Positions 24,040 to 33,966 of a stretch of DNA of 64,000 nt are shown piece after piece. Positions within the stretch are counted from its first letter, which is position 1, and the number at the start of each line of letters is the position of its first letter. Position numbers and translations under genes: made by a program. The DNA is taken from contig CBDETK010000013.1 of NCBI GenBank assembly GCA_965242865.1, positions 4,864,001 through 4,928,000 on the forward strand, in the 5' to 3' direction. This DNA comes from Candidatus Latescibacterota bacterium. GTDB lineage: Bacteria > Latescibacterota > UBA2968 > UBA8231. The notes beneath the pieces are model-generated. The model had not been told where the DNA came from. It did no database searches and saw only the letters and a program-made list of their open reading frames with translations.

Positions 24040-26199
24040 ATGGAGCATAGCCCGCAACGACGAGTGGCGCAACGCATTGGGCGTTTCGTTGACGGCTTCG
24101 CTGTCAAAGCGTTGATTAGGAAGCTAGCCAACAGACCTGCGCCCGCCGCAGCAACCACACAACCCCCGACCGCGTTGCGATCCACGTTTGATATACAGCG
24201 GCTGAAGATCGGCTCCCTTCTCACCATTCTCGGCGCCGTTCTCGGCGCGGTGCATGTCTTGATCCGCACTTCCACGTACGGCGCGACGATCTCGCCGGAC
24301 TCCGTACTGTACCTGTCCGTTGCGGCCAACCTCAGCACCGGAGAGGGTTTGCGAGACTTCACAGGCTTAGATCCCCTGTATCACCCCCCTTTCTTTCCCA
24401 TCCTCCTGTCCGCCTTGGGTCTGGCCGGAATCGGGCCGGCCGATGCCGGGCGGCTGGTCAACGCCGTTGCCTTTGGCCTGATCATCCTGCTGTCGGGCCT
24501 CTACCTGCGCCGAACTCTTGCCTCGCCTCGCCTTGCGGCTGGTGCCACGCTGGTCCTCGCGACCTCCTTTAACCTCAACCATTTCGCTTCCGGCATCCTG
24601 ACCGAGCCCTCCTTCATCCTGTTCGCGCTCCTCGCCCTGATCCTGCTCGAGTCCTTTCTGCGCCAAAGAGCCGCTTGGCCGTCCCTCGTGGCCGCGGCCG
24701 CGTTCAGTGCCTTGGCTGCGACCACGAAGTTCGCGGGCGTGGCGGTGATATTCACGGGAGTTTGCCTGCTGCTTTTGCGCCGGGAGTCGCCGCTCGCCGC
24801 TCGCCTCAAGTCGGCGGCCGTCTATGGAGCGGTCGCGGCGGTTCCTCTGGCGGCTTTTCTGGTGTACAACTCGCTGCGCTTCGGGGCACTGGTGAGAAGC
24901 TGGCCAAAACAAGAAGCCACGTCCCTGTCCCATTCACTCGTTCGCACGGTCTATCTAAGCTACCGGGAGATCGTCCCCTCAACCGCGCCCGATTGGTTGG
25001 CGCATCTTCTCTGGGCGGCGGGCGGTCTGGTCGTCCTCGGAGCAGCTATAGTCTGTATGCGGCACAGGAGCGAACTGGCCAAACCGCTCTCCTTCATGGC
25101 GTGGCCGGCCTTCCCATTGGTTGTGTTTGCCTTGGCGTACTGGGTGTTGATGGTGGTGATCGTGCCGCTCAAGTTCGGTGCTTCGATCATGCGGATCCGG
25201 TTCCTCATGCCGTGCTATGTGCCGCTGGTGCTGTCGGCAACGATCTTGGTGGATCGCTTCTTGGGGATCCGCAGCGAAGGCTGGGTGTCTGCGGTCAAGT
25301 GGGCTTGGGCCGCCCTCGTCCTGATTGGCTGCTGCGCGACCGTCGGCCGCTCGACCATAAGCAATCTCGACGCCACGGCGCAGGCTGTGGCGTCCGGCTA
25401 CTTTGGCGACAAGTTTAATACAGCGTACTGGGACGCAAGCGAAACAATCGGCTACCTGAAAGCCAACCCGACGGACGCGGATATGTACTCCAACCGCAAC
25501 AGCCTGCTGTACACGGTGCTCGCGCTGGATGCCGGAATCAACGTCCTCGAGAAGTATCACCTGATCGAGAGACACAAACCGCTTGTAGTACCGCCGGAGG
25601 AGGACGAAAGCGGCCGGAACGGTACGCTTTTCGTTTGGCTGCACAAGTTCACCCCCTTCTATAACTTCGGTGCCGCCGACCTGCGCGCCTTGCCCCAGCT
25701 AGAGCCGGTAGCAGAGCTAGCCGATGGTGCCGTATTCAAAATCAACAGAGCCTACGACACCCTTGCAGCCCTGCGAGCAACGTATAACGCAATCGTGGCC
25801 GGCGAACCGGCAATCCGCTCTACCTTTGACGTATATCTCGGCGAAAATACCTTGACTTACGTCAAACAGCCGTGTGCCCGCGCCGACGCGGAGGAGACGT
25901 TCTTTCTACACCTGTTTCCCGCTCACGAGGATGACTTGCCGGACCACCGCAAGCAGCACGGCTTTGACCGCCTCGACTTTGAATTCGACTGGCGCGGCGT
26001 CCGCTTCGACGACAAGTGCTGGACAAAGCGCGAGCTACCCGCATACGCCATCACCCGCATCCGCACCGGCCAAGGCAACGCTTGGAACGCCGAGATTTCC
26101 GCCGGGAACCGCACCGGCTCGATTCTGGCCCGATCACTTCCCCTAGCTTATTTTATAAACCCCGAATCAAGGCGGCTTTCTGAAAACCATCCGAATTGA
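24040..26199 (+). CDS. GT-C (ArnT/PMT-like, GT39) integral membrane glycosyltransferase with C-terminal extracytoplasmic domain
   Basis: SPDSVLY, HPPFFP, ILTEP, TKFAG, RFLMP and many TM helices; the true start may lie further downstream. Confidence 0.75.
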   Translation: MEHSPQRRVAQRIGRFVDGFAVKALIRKLANRPAPAAATTQPPTALRSTFDIQRLKIGSLLTILGAVLGAVHVLIRTSTYGATISPDSVLYLSVAANLSTGEGLRDFTGLDPLYHPPFFPILLSALGLAGIGPADAGRLVNAVAFGLIILLSGLYLRRTLASPRLAAGATLVLATSFNLNHFASGILTEPSFILFALLALILLESFLRQRAAWPSLVAAAAFSALAATTKFAGVAVIFTGVCLLLLRRESPLAARLKSAAVYGAVAAVPLAAFLVYNSLRFGALVRSWPKQEATSLSHSLVRTVYLSYREIVPSTAPDWLAHLLWAAGGLVVLGAAIVCMRHRSELAKPLSFMAWPAFPLVVFALAYWVLMVVIVPLKFGASIMRIRFLMPCYVPLVLSATILVDRFLGIRSEGWVSAVKWAWAALVLIGCCATVGRSTISNLDATAQAVASGYFGDKFNTAYWDASETIGYLKANPTDADMYSNRNSLLYTVLALDAGINVLEKYHLIERHKPLVVPPEEDESGRNGTLFVWLHKFTPFYNFGAADLRALPQLEPVAELADGAVFKINRAYDTLAALRATYNAIVAGEPAIRSTFDVYLGENTLTYVKQPCARADAEETFFLHLFPAHEDDLPDHRKQHGFDRLDFEFDWRGVRFDDKCWTKRELPAYAITRIRTGQGNAWNAEISAGNRTGSILARSLPLAYFINPESRRLSENHPN

Positions 26200-26209
26200 A
26201 GAGATACCC

Positions 26210-27631
26210 ATGTCCCCCGGAACGTTAATTTCCCTGCAACAGGCGTTTGCGACTCCGCTCGACGAGGCCAATTCCTACTACCGTCGGCACATTAACGAAA
26301 AGCTGCTCTCCCTCTATTCGATCCTCGGCACCGGCGATTTGGAGTACACCAGCGCCCGAGGCTCCGAGCTCAAACTGGCGGATGGAACGACCGTTCTGGA
26401 CTTCACGTCAGCGATGGGCAGCCTTTCGTTGGGCCACAACCATCCGCAAATCGTGGCGGCCGAAAGAGCCTGCCACGATCGCGAACTGATCGACATGATG
26501 AAGGTCGGGCCGAGCAGAATCCAAGGCGTTCTCGCGTACAACATCGCCCAGCTCTTAGGCCCGGCACTCGACACGACCATATTCTGCGTCACCGGGGCGG
26601 AAGCCGTTGAGGCGGCCATGAAACTTTGCGAGATCGCCCAAGGGCCCAAGCGACGCAAATTCCTCGTGGCCACCGGGTCCTTCCACGGCAAATCGCACAC
26701 CACCCTGTCGATAACGAGGAGCGGCGACTACGCCCGCGGCGTTCTCCGAGGGCTGCCGCCCGAGTGCGTCCTCGAGGTGCCTTTTGGCGATGTGGACGCG
26801 GCCCGCGAGCAAGTCGCAGCTCATGCCGACAGCATCATCGCCGCGATCCTCGAACCGATTCAAGGGCAGGCGGTGGTCGTGCCGCCGGACGGGTATCTCA
26901 ACGAGGTGGGGAAGATCTGCAAAGACGCCGGTATTTTGCTGGTGATCGATGAAACCAAGCTCGGGCTGTGCAGATCGGGCCGGATGTTCGCCTACGAGTG
27001 GGACGTGGCCGCACCGGACGCACTCGTGTTCGGCAAGGCGCTCGGAGGCGGCAAACGCGCCATGTCAGTGGTGGCGACCTCCCGCGAGCTCTTCCGCCGA
27101 GCTTATGGCAAGAGGCAGACCTGCGCCTTGCAAACGACGACCTTTGGGGGCATAGGCGAGTCGTGCGCGGTGGCGATTGAAACGCTCAATTTTATGGTGG
27201 ATCAAGGGCTGGCCGCCCAAGCCGAGAGCAAGGGGGCTTACCTGTGCGCCGGGCTGCAACGGCTCCAAGAGCAATTCCCCGAATTTGTGCGCGAAATACG
27301 AGGCCGGGGCCTGTTTCAAGGCCTCCACTTGCGGCTGCGGCCTCGCGTCACAGCGGCGTTTGGCGCGCTCGATACGAAAACCGTCAAATCCGCCGCGGCC
27401 GCGGCCTTCGTAAACTACATGCTCCGCAAGCACCGCATCCTCCTGCATTTCGTGGATAGCGACCCCGACGTGATTCACCTAATGCCTCCGCTGACCGCGT
27501 CAACCGAGGAGCTAGACCGGCTCTTGCACGCCCTACAGGCCACATTGGAAGCCGGCTTGGTGGGCATTGCGTCAAACTTTGCCCGGCATCTGGGCGATCA
27601 AACCCTGGCCTCGCTGAAGAGCCGAGAGTAA
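26210..27631 (+). CDS. Class III PLP aminotransferase (putrescine/acetylornithine-type)
   Basis: LGHNHP, TGAEAVEAAMK, FHGK, EPIQG, VIDETKLG, FGKALGGG, RGRGL. Confidence 0.88.
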   Translation: MSPGTLISLQQAFATPLDEANSYYRRHINEKLLSLYSILGTGDLEYTSARGSELKLADGTTVLDFTSAMGSLSLGHNHPQIVAAERACHDRELIDMMKVGPSRIQGVLAYNIAQLLGPALDTTIFCVTGAEAVEAAMKLCEIAQGPKRRKFLVATGSFHGKSHTTLSITRSGDYARGVLRGLPPECVLEVPFGDVDAAREQVAAHADSIIAAILEPIQGQAVVVPPDGYLNEVGKICKDAGILLVIDETKLGLCRSGRMFAYEWDVAAPDALVFGKALGGGKRAMSVVATSRELFRRAYGKRQTCALQTTTFGGIGESCAVAIETLNFMVDQGLAAQAESKGAYLCAGLQRLQEQFPEFVREIRGRGLFQGLHLRLRPRVTAAFGALDTKTVKSAAAAAFVNYMLRKHRILLHFVDSDPDVIHLMPPLTASTEELDRLLHALQATLEAGLVGIASNFARHLGDQTLASLKSRE

Positions 27632-27636
27632 GTCAA

Positions 27637-28239
27637 TCAGTCAGGCCGCTGCAACGAGACGATCCGCAGCCCGTTGACTTCTTCAAGCACCTCGGTTTTA
27701 TAGGCCCCGATCAAAGCCATTTCCGGCCTGTACAAGGACATCATAACCACGCCTCCTTCCGCCAGATAGCGCGGCGCCTCTGCGAGAAAACGACGCAGCA
27801 GTTCCATCCGTTGTTTTTTGACCAAGAAATACACGATGGCGATGACCACGCGGTTGTTGCGCGGCATCAGGGACTTTACGAACTCCAACGGCGCCGCAGG
27901 AGCCGAGGTGTGCCCCAAAGGCGGGTTGAAAACAATCAGATCGAATAGACCGGAGACGCCGCTGAAAAGGTCGCTGTACTTGAACTCCAGTGCTAGGTCG
28001 TTCGCCCGAGCGTTGCCGGTTGCACACTGGAGCGCGGTGCTGTTCACATCGACCCCCATAGACCGCCAGCCTTGAGACTGAAGGTAAAGCGCGATGAAGC
28101 CGGTTCCGGTCCCGATGTCGAGGGCTGTCTGGCCCGCTTGTCGCCCGGCGTGACGCGCCATACTAAGCGTATCGGGGCCAACCCGGGAGACCCCGGGCGA
28201 GTTGTTGACGAGAATGTCGTTGAATTCCTTGTACTTCAT
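27637..28239 (-). CDS. Class I SAM-dependent methyltransferase (HemK/MTS-like)
   Basis: LDIGTGTG, GVDVN, SDLF, FDLIVFNPP. Confidence 0.82.
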   Translation of the reverse strand: MKYKEFNDILVNNSPGVSRVGPDTLSMARHAGRQAGQTALDIGTGTGFIALYLQSQGWRSMGVDVNSTALQCATGNARANDLALEFKYSDLFSGVSGLFDLIVFNPPLGHTSAPAAPLEFVKSLMPRNNRVVIAIVYFLVKKQRMELLRRFLAEAPRYLAEGGVVMMSLYRPEMALIGAYKTEVLEEVNGLRIVSLQRPD

Positions 28240-28306
28240 AAAAATCTCCTTTGGAGGCTGTCGTCGTTAGGCGACCGAGGAAAATTGCGGCCTCGGCACG
28301 AGTCCA

Positions 28307-30097
28307 TTATGGGCTGGCTGACGCGGGCACGGGGGGGGCCACCGGCTGCAAGCGGATGAAGGTCTTGAGCAGCTCCCACTGCCAAGAGTGCGGAAAGCCG
28401 TACGGGTCTTGCTGGCTCGGCCAGCCGGTCCAGCGGGTCGTGTTGCAAGGATAGCGGATGATGAGCTGCGCCAAGAAGATGTCGGGCAACTCCCCCACCC
28501 AGATCTCCATGGCCTCCACGAACAGCGCCAGCAGCTTCTCATCGCCCGCTTGCAGGGGCGCGATGCGCTCGACGATGCGGTCGAACTCCTCGTTGCGCCA
28601 GCGCGAGGTGGTCGCCCACAGCGGCGCCGGCTGGCCGGTGGGGCGGAAGTATTGGGAGGTGTAGTAGGACAGCATCAGATAGGGATCCATGCCGCGCACC
28701 CCGCTGGGGCCTTTGCAGCCGAGGGCCGCGGCCTGCTCTCCGGTCTGCACGAGCGAGGTCAGCCCCGGGGAGGTATCGAAGCTGGCATCGAACCCTGCGG
28801 CGCGCAGTTGCTCCGTTAGGGGCGGGCCGTACGCGCGCAGAAACTGCGGCACAAATATGGCGATCTCGAGCCGCTCGCCCTCCGCGTCGATCCACAAGCC
28901 CTCGTCGTCTTTGCGATAGCCTTTTCCCGCCATGATCTGGTTCACCTCTGGCAGGTGCGGCTCGGCGTCGTACCCGTGCCGAGCGAGAATCTCCTGTAGG
29001 GCCGCGTCAAACGGCGCGAACCAGTCGTAGGGCGTGAAGGGATGCAGCGCGACCACGCCAGCCCCGGACTCGGCTAGCTGGACGAGCTTCTTCCGGTCGA
29101 TGGCCATGCTGATCGCCCGGCGAATCTGCGGATCGTCAAAGGGCGGCTCCGAGCAATTCAGGTTGAGATCAATGGGGCACCAATCGAGATAGCCGTAGGG
29201 CGGTTGCCGCTCGGAGAAGGTCACGACCCGCGCATTGCGCTCTAGGACGCTTTCGAGGGTGAGCACCTGCATGATGGGGGCCATGTCGAGTTGATCGGTC
29301 AGCAGCAGTTGCGCCGCTTGGCTCTCCTCCTGCTGGGGCACGTAGATGATCCGCTCGATCTTTGGCTGGGGTTTGAACCCGGTCTGAGCCCCCCACCAGT
29401 CGGGGCGCAGGTCGTAGATTTTCTGGTGCGGCGAAGCGTACACGAGCCGATAAGGCCCCGTGCCGAGGGGCAAGCCCGCCCCGAGGTCGTGGAAGGTGAA
29501 CTCTAGGGGGTCTTGATCCTTCCAGATGTGTTCGGGTAAAATGAAGACGCCGTGGTTGCTGCTCAGGGTGGTCGCCCAAAACGCCGGCCCCGCCTTTTTG
29601 AGCACCAGCCGCACCGTGTGGTCGTCGATGACTTCGGCGGAGTCGAAAAACTCGGGCAGATCGGCCAGATGGACCATGGACTTAGCGTGGTCGCGCAGCA
29701 TGTTAAAGGTGAAAGCCACATCGCCGGCGGTGAAGGGCTGTCCGTCCGCCCATTCAATGCCTTGGCGGAGCTTTACGGTGATCGCGGTCGCGTCGTCGTC
29801 GTATTCCCAGTGCTCGGCCAGCCAGTTTTCGTGCGCCCCGGTGAGCACATTGTACATGATCAGCGGCTCAAACATGGCTGGCAGCGTCCCTAGGTGGAAT
29901 CCTTGGTCGGAGCCGGGGATATAGGGGTTCTGGTTGTCGAATAGGGGATACTGGCCCGGACCGCCGTTCATCAAGATCAAGGTGCGGTCCCGGGGGACCT
30001 CCTCCAGCACCACCTCCGGCCCGCAGCTAGCCAGCGCCGCGACCAGTAGGGGCAAGGACGCCCCGGTGAACAAAACTTTTCTACCCATGCTCCACAT
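28307..30097 (-). CDS. ABC transporter family-5 substrate-binding lipoprotein (copy 2)
   Basis: Lipobox LASC; LREG/LRQG..WADGQPFTA.DVAFT, GTGPY, PFDDPQIRRAIS. Confidence 0.92.
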   Translation of the reverse strand: MWSMGRKVLFTGASLPLLVAALASCGPEVVLEEVPRDRTLILMNGGPGQYPLFDNQNPYIPGSDQGFHLGTLPAMFEPLIMYNVLTGAHENWLAEHWEYDDDATAITVKLRQGIEWADGQPFTAGDVAFTFNMLRDHAKSMVHLADLPEFFDSAEVIDDHTVRLVLKKAGPAFWATTLSSNHGVFILPEHIWKDQDPLEFTFHDLGAGLPLGTGPYRLVYASPHQKIYDLRPDWWGAQTGFKPQPKIERIIYVPQQEESQAAQLLLTDQLDMAPIMQVLTLESVLERNARVVTFSERQPPYGYLDWCPIDLNLNCSEPPFDDPQIRRAISMAIDRKKLVQLAESGAGVVALHPFTPYDWFAPFDAALQEILARHGYDAEPHLPEVNQIMAGKGYRKDDEGLWIDAEGERLEIAIFVPQFLRAYGPPLTEQLRAAGFDASFDTSPGLTSLVQTGEQAAALGCKGPSGVRGMDPYLMLSYYTSQYFRPTGQPAPLWATTSRWRNEEFDRIVERIAPLQAGDEKLLALFVEAMEIWVGELPDIFLAQLIIRYPCNTTRWTGWPSQQDPYGFPHSWQWELLKTFIRLQPVAPPVPASASP

Positions 30098-30172
30098 CGT
30101 TTACCTCTCTCTGTAATACAAACCGGCGACTTGCTCTTTGCCCGCGCCTGTCTCGTGCCGGCCCCCGGCCCA

Positions 30173-31969
30173 TTATGGGCTGATTGACGCGGCCATCGTC
30201 CGCTGGGGCGCCGACTCGCCCGCTGGCTGCAAGTGAATGAAGGTCTTGAGAAACTCCCACTGCAAGGGGTGTAGAAAGCCGTACGGGTCTTGCTGGCTCG
30301 GCCAGCCAGTCCAGTAGGTCGTGTTGCAAGGATGGCGGACGATGAGCTGCGCCAAGAAGATGTCGGGCAATTCTCCCACCCAGATCTCCATGGCCGCGAC
30401 GAACAGTTCCAACAGCTCCTCATCGCCCACTTGCAGGGGCGCGATGCGCTCGACGATGCGGTCGAACTCCTCGTTGCGCCAGCGCGAGGGGGTTATCCAC
30501 AGCGGCACCCGCTGGCCGGTGGGCCGGAAGTATTGGGAGGTGTAGTAAGACAGCATCAGATGGGGATCCGTGCCGCGCACCCCGCTGGGGCCTTTGCAGC
30601 CGAGGGCCGCGGCCTGCTCTCCGGTCTGCACGAGCGAGGGCTGCCCGGGCTCAGCGCTCGCGTCGAAACCCGCGGCGCGCAACTGTTCAATTAGGGGCGG
30701 ACCATACGCTGACAGCCACTGCGTAAATATGGTGATCTGGAGCCGCTCGCCCTCCGCGTCGGTCCACAAGCCCTCGTCGTCTTTGCGATAGCCTTTTCCC
30801 GCCATGATCTGGTTCACCTCTGGCAGGTGCGGCTCGTCGCCGTACCCATGCCGAGCGAGGATTGCCTGCAGGGCCTCGTCAAACGGCGCGAACCATCTGT
30901 AGGGCGTGAAGGGATGCAGCGCGACCACGCCGGCCCCGGACTCGGCTAGCTGGACGAGTTTTTTCCGGTCGATAGCCATGCTGATCGCCCGGCGAATCTC
31001 CGGATCGTCAAAGGGCGGCTCCAAGCAATTCAGGTTGAGATCAATGGGGCACCAATCGAGATAGCCGTAGGGCGGTTGCCGACCGGAGAAGGTCACGACC
31101 CGCTCGTTGCGTTTTAGGACGCTTTCAATGCTGGGGACCTGCATGATGGGGGCTATGTCGAGCTGATCGGTCAGCAGCAGTTGCGCTGCTTGGCTCTCCT
31201 CCTGCTGGGGCACGTAGATGATCCGCTCGATCTTTGGCTGGGGTTTGAACCCGGTCTGAGCCGCCCACCAGTCGGGGCGCAGATCGTAGATTTTCTGCTC
31301 CGACGAAGCGTACACGAGCCGGTAAGGCCCCGTGCCGAGGGGCAGGCCGGCGTCGAGATCGTGGAAGGTGAACTCTAAGGGGTCTTGGTCTCGCCAGATG
31401 TGCTCGGGCAAGATGAAGACGCCGTGGTTGCTGCTCAGGGTGGTCGCCCAAAACGCCGGCCCCGCCTTTTTAAGCATCAGCCGCACCGTGTGGTCATCGA
31501 CGACTTCGGCGGAGTCGAAAAACTCGGGCAGATCGGCCAGATGGACCATGGACTCAGCGTGGTCGCGCAGCATGTTGAAGGTGAAGGCCACGTCCCGTGC
31601 AGTGAAGGGCTGTCCGTCCGCCCATTCAATGCCCTCGCGGAGCTTTACGGTGATCGCGGTTGCGTCGTCGTCGTATTCCCAATGCTCGGCCAGCCAGTTT
31701 TCGTGCTCCCCGGTGAGCACATTGTACATGATCAGCGGCTCAAACATGGCTGGCAGCGTACCCAAGTGGAATCCTGAGTCGGATCCGGGGATATAGGGGT
31801 TCTGATTGTCGAACAGGTAATACTGGCCCGAACCGCCGTGCATCACCATCAAGGTGCGGTCCCGGGGGACCTCCTCCAGCACCACCTCCGGCCCGCAGCC
31901 AGCCAACGCCGCGACCAGTAGGGGCCAGGACGCCCCAGCGCACGATACTTTCCTACCCATGCTCCACAT
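30173..31969 (-). CDS. ABC transporter family-5 substrate-binding lipoprotein (copy 1)
   Basis: Lipobox LAGC; same motifs; close paralog of 28307..30097. Confidence 0.92.
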   Translation of the reverse strand: MWSMGRKVSCAGASWPLLVAALAGCGPEVVLEEVPRDRTLMVMHGGSGQYYLFDNQNPYIPGSDSGFHLGTLPAMFEPLIMYNVLTGEHENWLAEHWEYDDDATAITVKLREGIEWADGQPFTARDVAFTFNMLRDHAESMVHLADLPEFFDSAEVVDDHTVRLMLKKAGPAFWATTLSSNHGVFILPEHIWRDQDPLEFTFHDLDAGLPLGTGPYRLVYASSEQKIYDLRPDWWAAQTGFKPQPKIERIIYVPQQEESQAAQLLLTDQLDIAPIMQVPSIESVLKRNERVVTFSGRQPPYGYLDWCPIDLNLNCLEPPFDDPEIRRAISMAIDRKKLVQLAESGAGVVALHPFTPYRWFAPFDEALQAILARHGYGDEPHLPEVNQIMAGKGYRKDDEGLWTDAEGERLQITIFTQWLSAYGPPLIEQLRAAGFDASAEPGQPSLVQTGEQAAALGCKGPSGVRGTDPHLMLSYYTSQYFRPTGQRVPLWITPSRWRNEEFDRIVERIAPLQVGDEELLELFVAAMEIWVGELPDIFLAQLIVRHPCNTTYWTGWPSQQDPYGFLHPLQWEFLKTFIHLQPAGESAPQRTMAASISP

Positions 31970-31972
31970 CGT

Positions 31973-33004
31973 TTACCTCTCTCCGTACGACAAGCCGGCG
32001 ACCTGCTCTTCCGACAGGACGGGGGCGTCCTCGTAGAGATAGCAGGCCGCGGCGCGGCCGGTATCGGTTTGCACCAGTGGCGGGGGCTGTCGGCGACAGC
32101 GGGGCATGACATGCGGGCAGCGCTCGGCAAAGGCACAGCCGCCGGTGGTGCTTGGAATCGCTGCGCCCTCGCCCCGCGCGGCATCAACGGCTCCTCGTCC
32201 CCAGCGGCGGTTTGCGTCCGGCAAAGGGATGGAGCGGACGAGCAACTGCGTATAGGGGTGTTTCGGGGCCTTGATGACCTGCTCCACAGCGCCGACCTCA
32301 ACCACGGCCCCTTGGTACATGACGAGAATGGTGTGGCTCAACTGATACGCCGTGGTCAGATCGTGGCTGATGTAGATGAGACTGATGCCGCGCTCTCGAT
32401 GGATGCGGGACAAGGTCTCCAAGATGGTAGCGCGCAACGAGGCATCCACCATGGACACCGGCTCGTCGGCCACGATCACGCGCGGGTCGAGCAGCAGCGC
32501 CCGCGCCACCATGATGCGCTGGCACTGACCGCCGCTCAGTTGGTGGGGATAGCGTCCCAGCGTCTCGTCCGGGCGCAGGCCGACCGCTTGCAGGCCCTCC
32601 TCAATCCGCTGCCGCCGCTCCGGGCGCGACAACGCCGGGAAGAACTTGGCGATCGGCACCGTTAGGGTGTGGTTCACCCGGTAGAAGGGGTTGAACACCT
32701 CAAAGGGATCCTGAAACACGGCCTGCACCTGCCGGCGGAAGGCCCGGCGTCCCTGAGCGCTGAGGGCGCGCAACTCCGCGCCCCGGTAGCGGACCGACCC
32801 GCCGGTGGGCGGCAGGATGCCCAGCAGCAGGCGCGCCAAGGTGGTCTTGCCGCTGCCGCTCTCGCCGGCAATGGCCACCACCACGGGATCGTCCGCCGGG
32901 ATCACCAGCGAGGCGTCGGCGACGGCCGCGACTCGGCCGCGGTCGAACAGGCCGCGGCCAAAGGTCCGGCGGACGCCCCGCGCTTCGAGCAGTGGGACGC
33001 TCAC
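31973..33004 (-). CDS. Opp/Dpp-type ABC ATP-binding protein (OppF-like)
   Basis: GESGSGKT, LSGGQCQR, VADEP, HPYT, C-terminal CAFAERC; GTG start at 33004. Confidence 0.92.
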   Translation of the reverse strand: MSVPLLEARGVRRTFGRGLFDRGRVAAVADASLVIPADDPVVVAIAGESGSGKTTLARLLLGILPPTGGSVRYRGAELRALSAQGRRAFRRQVQAVFQDPFEVFNPFYRVNHTLTVPIAKFFPALSRPERRQRIEEGLQAVGLRPDETLGRYPHQLSGGQCQRIMVARALLLDPRVIVADEPVSMVDASLRATILETLSRIHRERGISLIYISHDLTTAYQLSHTILVMYQGAVVEVGAVEQVIKAPKHPYTQLLVRSIPLPDANRRWGRGAVDAARGEGAAIPSTTGGCAFAERCPHVMPRCRRQPPPLVQTDTGRAAACYLYEDAPVLSEEQVAGLSYGER

Positions 33005-33966
33005 GAGCCCTCGCTGTGCAGGAGACAGGCCACGCGGTGCTCGGCCGCTGCCGCTTTTAGTGCCGGTACGCGGGCCGAGCACCGCTTCATCGCCTGCGGA
33101 CAGCGCGGGTGAAAGGAGCAACCCGGCGGCGGTTTGAGCAGCGAGGGGGGCAGTCCGGGGATGCCGCGGAATACGCCCTTGCGCTCCAAAGACGGCAGGC
33201 TTTCTACCAGCATGCGCGTGTACGGATGCAGCGGCTCGTCGAGCAGGCCCTGCACCGGCCCCAGCTCGGCCAACCGGCCGGCGTACATCACGCCGATGCG
33301 GTCCGCGCACTGAGCCATTAGGCCCATGTCGTGGCCGACCAAAATCACGGCCGCGTCGAGTTCCTGCTGCAGGCGGAACAAGGTGTCCATCACCCGCTTT
33401 TGCACGACCACGTCCAAGGCACTCGTCGGCTCGTCGGCAATAATCACTTGGGGGCGCAAGGCCACGGCCATGGCCAGGCCGACGCGCTGCTTCATGCCGC
33501 CGCTGAGTTCGTGGGGGTACAGGCGCGCGGTCGCCGGGTCTAGCTCGACTTGGGCCAGCAGGCTCTTCACCCGCTCCGGCAGGGCTTCGCGGTCCGGTCG
33601 TTCCTCGTGCGCCTCAATCGTGTCGGCGATCTGCGCCCCCACCCGCAGCACGGGATTGAGCGCGTTCATCACGCCTTGGGGGATCAGGGAAATGCGCGAA
33701 AAGCGCACGCTCCGCAGCTCCTCCGCGGACAGCGCGAGCAGGTCCAGTTCGCCGAGCTGGACCCGGCCCGCTTCGATCCGCCCGGGAGGCCGAATCAGCC
33801 GCAGCAGGGCCATGGCGGTCGTGGATTTGCCCGAACCCGATTCGCCCACCAAGCCCAGCCGCTCGCCCGCCCGCAACTCAAATTCGACGCCCTCCACAGC
33901 GCGCACCGGCCCCCGCGGCGTGTGGTAGTGGACCTGTAGGTCCTGCACCCGCAGCACGACGCTCAC
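33001..33966 (-). CDS. Opp/Dpp-type ABC ATP-binding protein (OppD-like)
   Basis: GESGSGKS, YPHELSGGMKQR, IADEPTSALDV, GCSFHPRC; GTG start at 33966. Confidence 0.93.
   Translation of the reverse strand: MSVVLRVQDLQVHYHTPRGPVRAVEGVEFELRAGERLGLVGESGSGKSTTAMALLRLIRPPGRIEAGRVQLGELDLLALSAEELRSVRFSRISLIPQGVMNALNPVLRVGAQIADTIEAHEERPDREALPERVKSLLAQVELDPATARLYPHELSGGMKQRVGLAMAVALRPQVIIADEPTSALDVVVQKRVMDTLFRLQQELDAAVILVGHDMGLMAQCADRIGVMYAGRLAELGPVQGLLDEPLHPYTRMLVESLPSLERKGVFRGIPGLPPSLLKPPPGCSFHPRCPQAMKRCSARVPALKAAAAEHRVACLLHSEGS

Larger units (their letters stand above)
28307..32010. repeat. Tandem duplication, about 1.87 kb unit, containing the SBP gene and the 3' end of the upstream ATPase
   Basis: Long near-identical nucleotide stretches in the two SBP genes; 30090-30140 (ccacatcgtttacctctct...ccggcgacttgctctt) mirrors 31960-32010. 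Confidence 0.9.
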
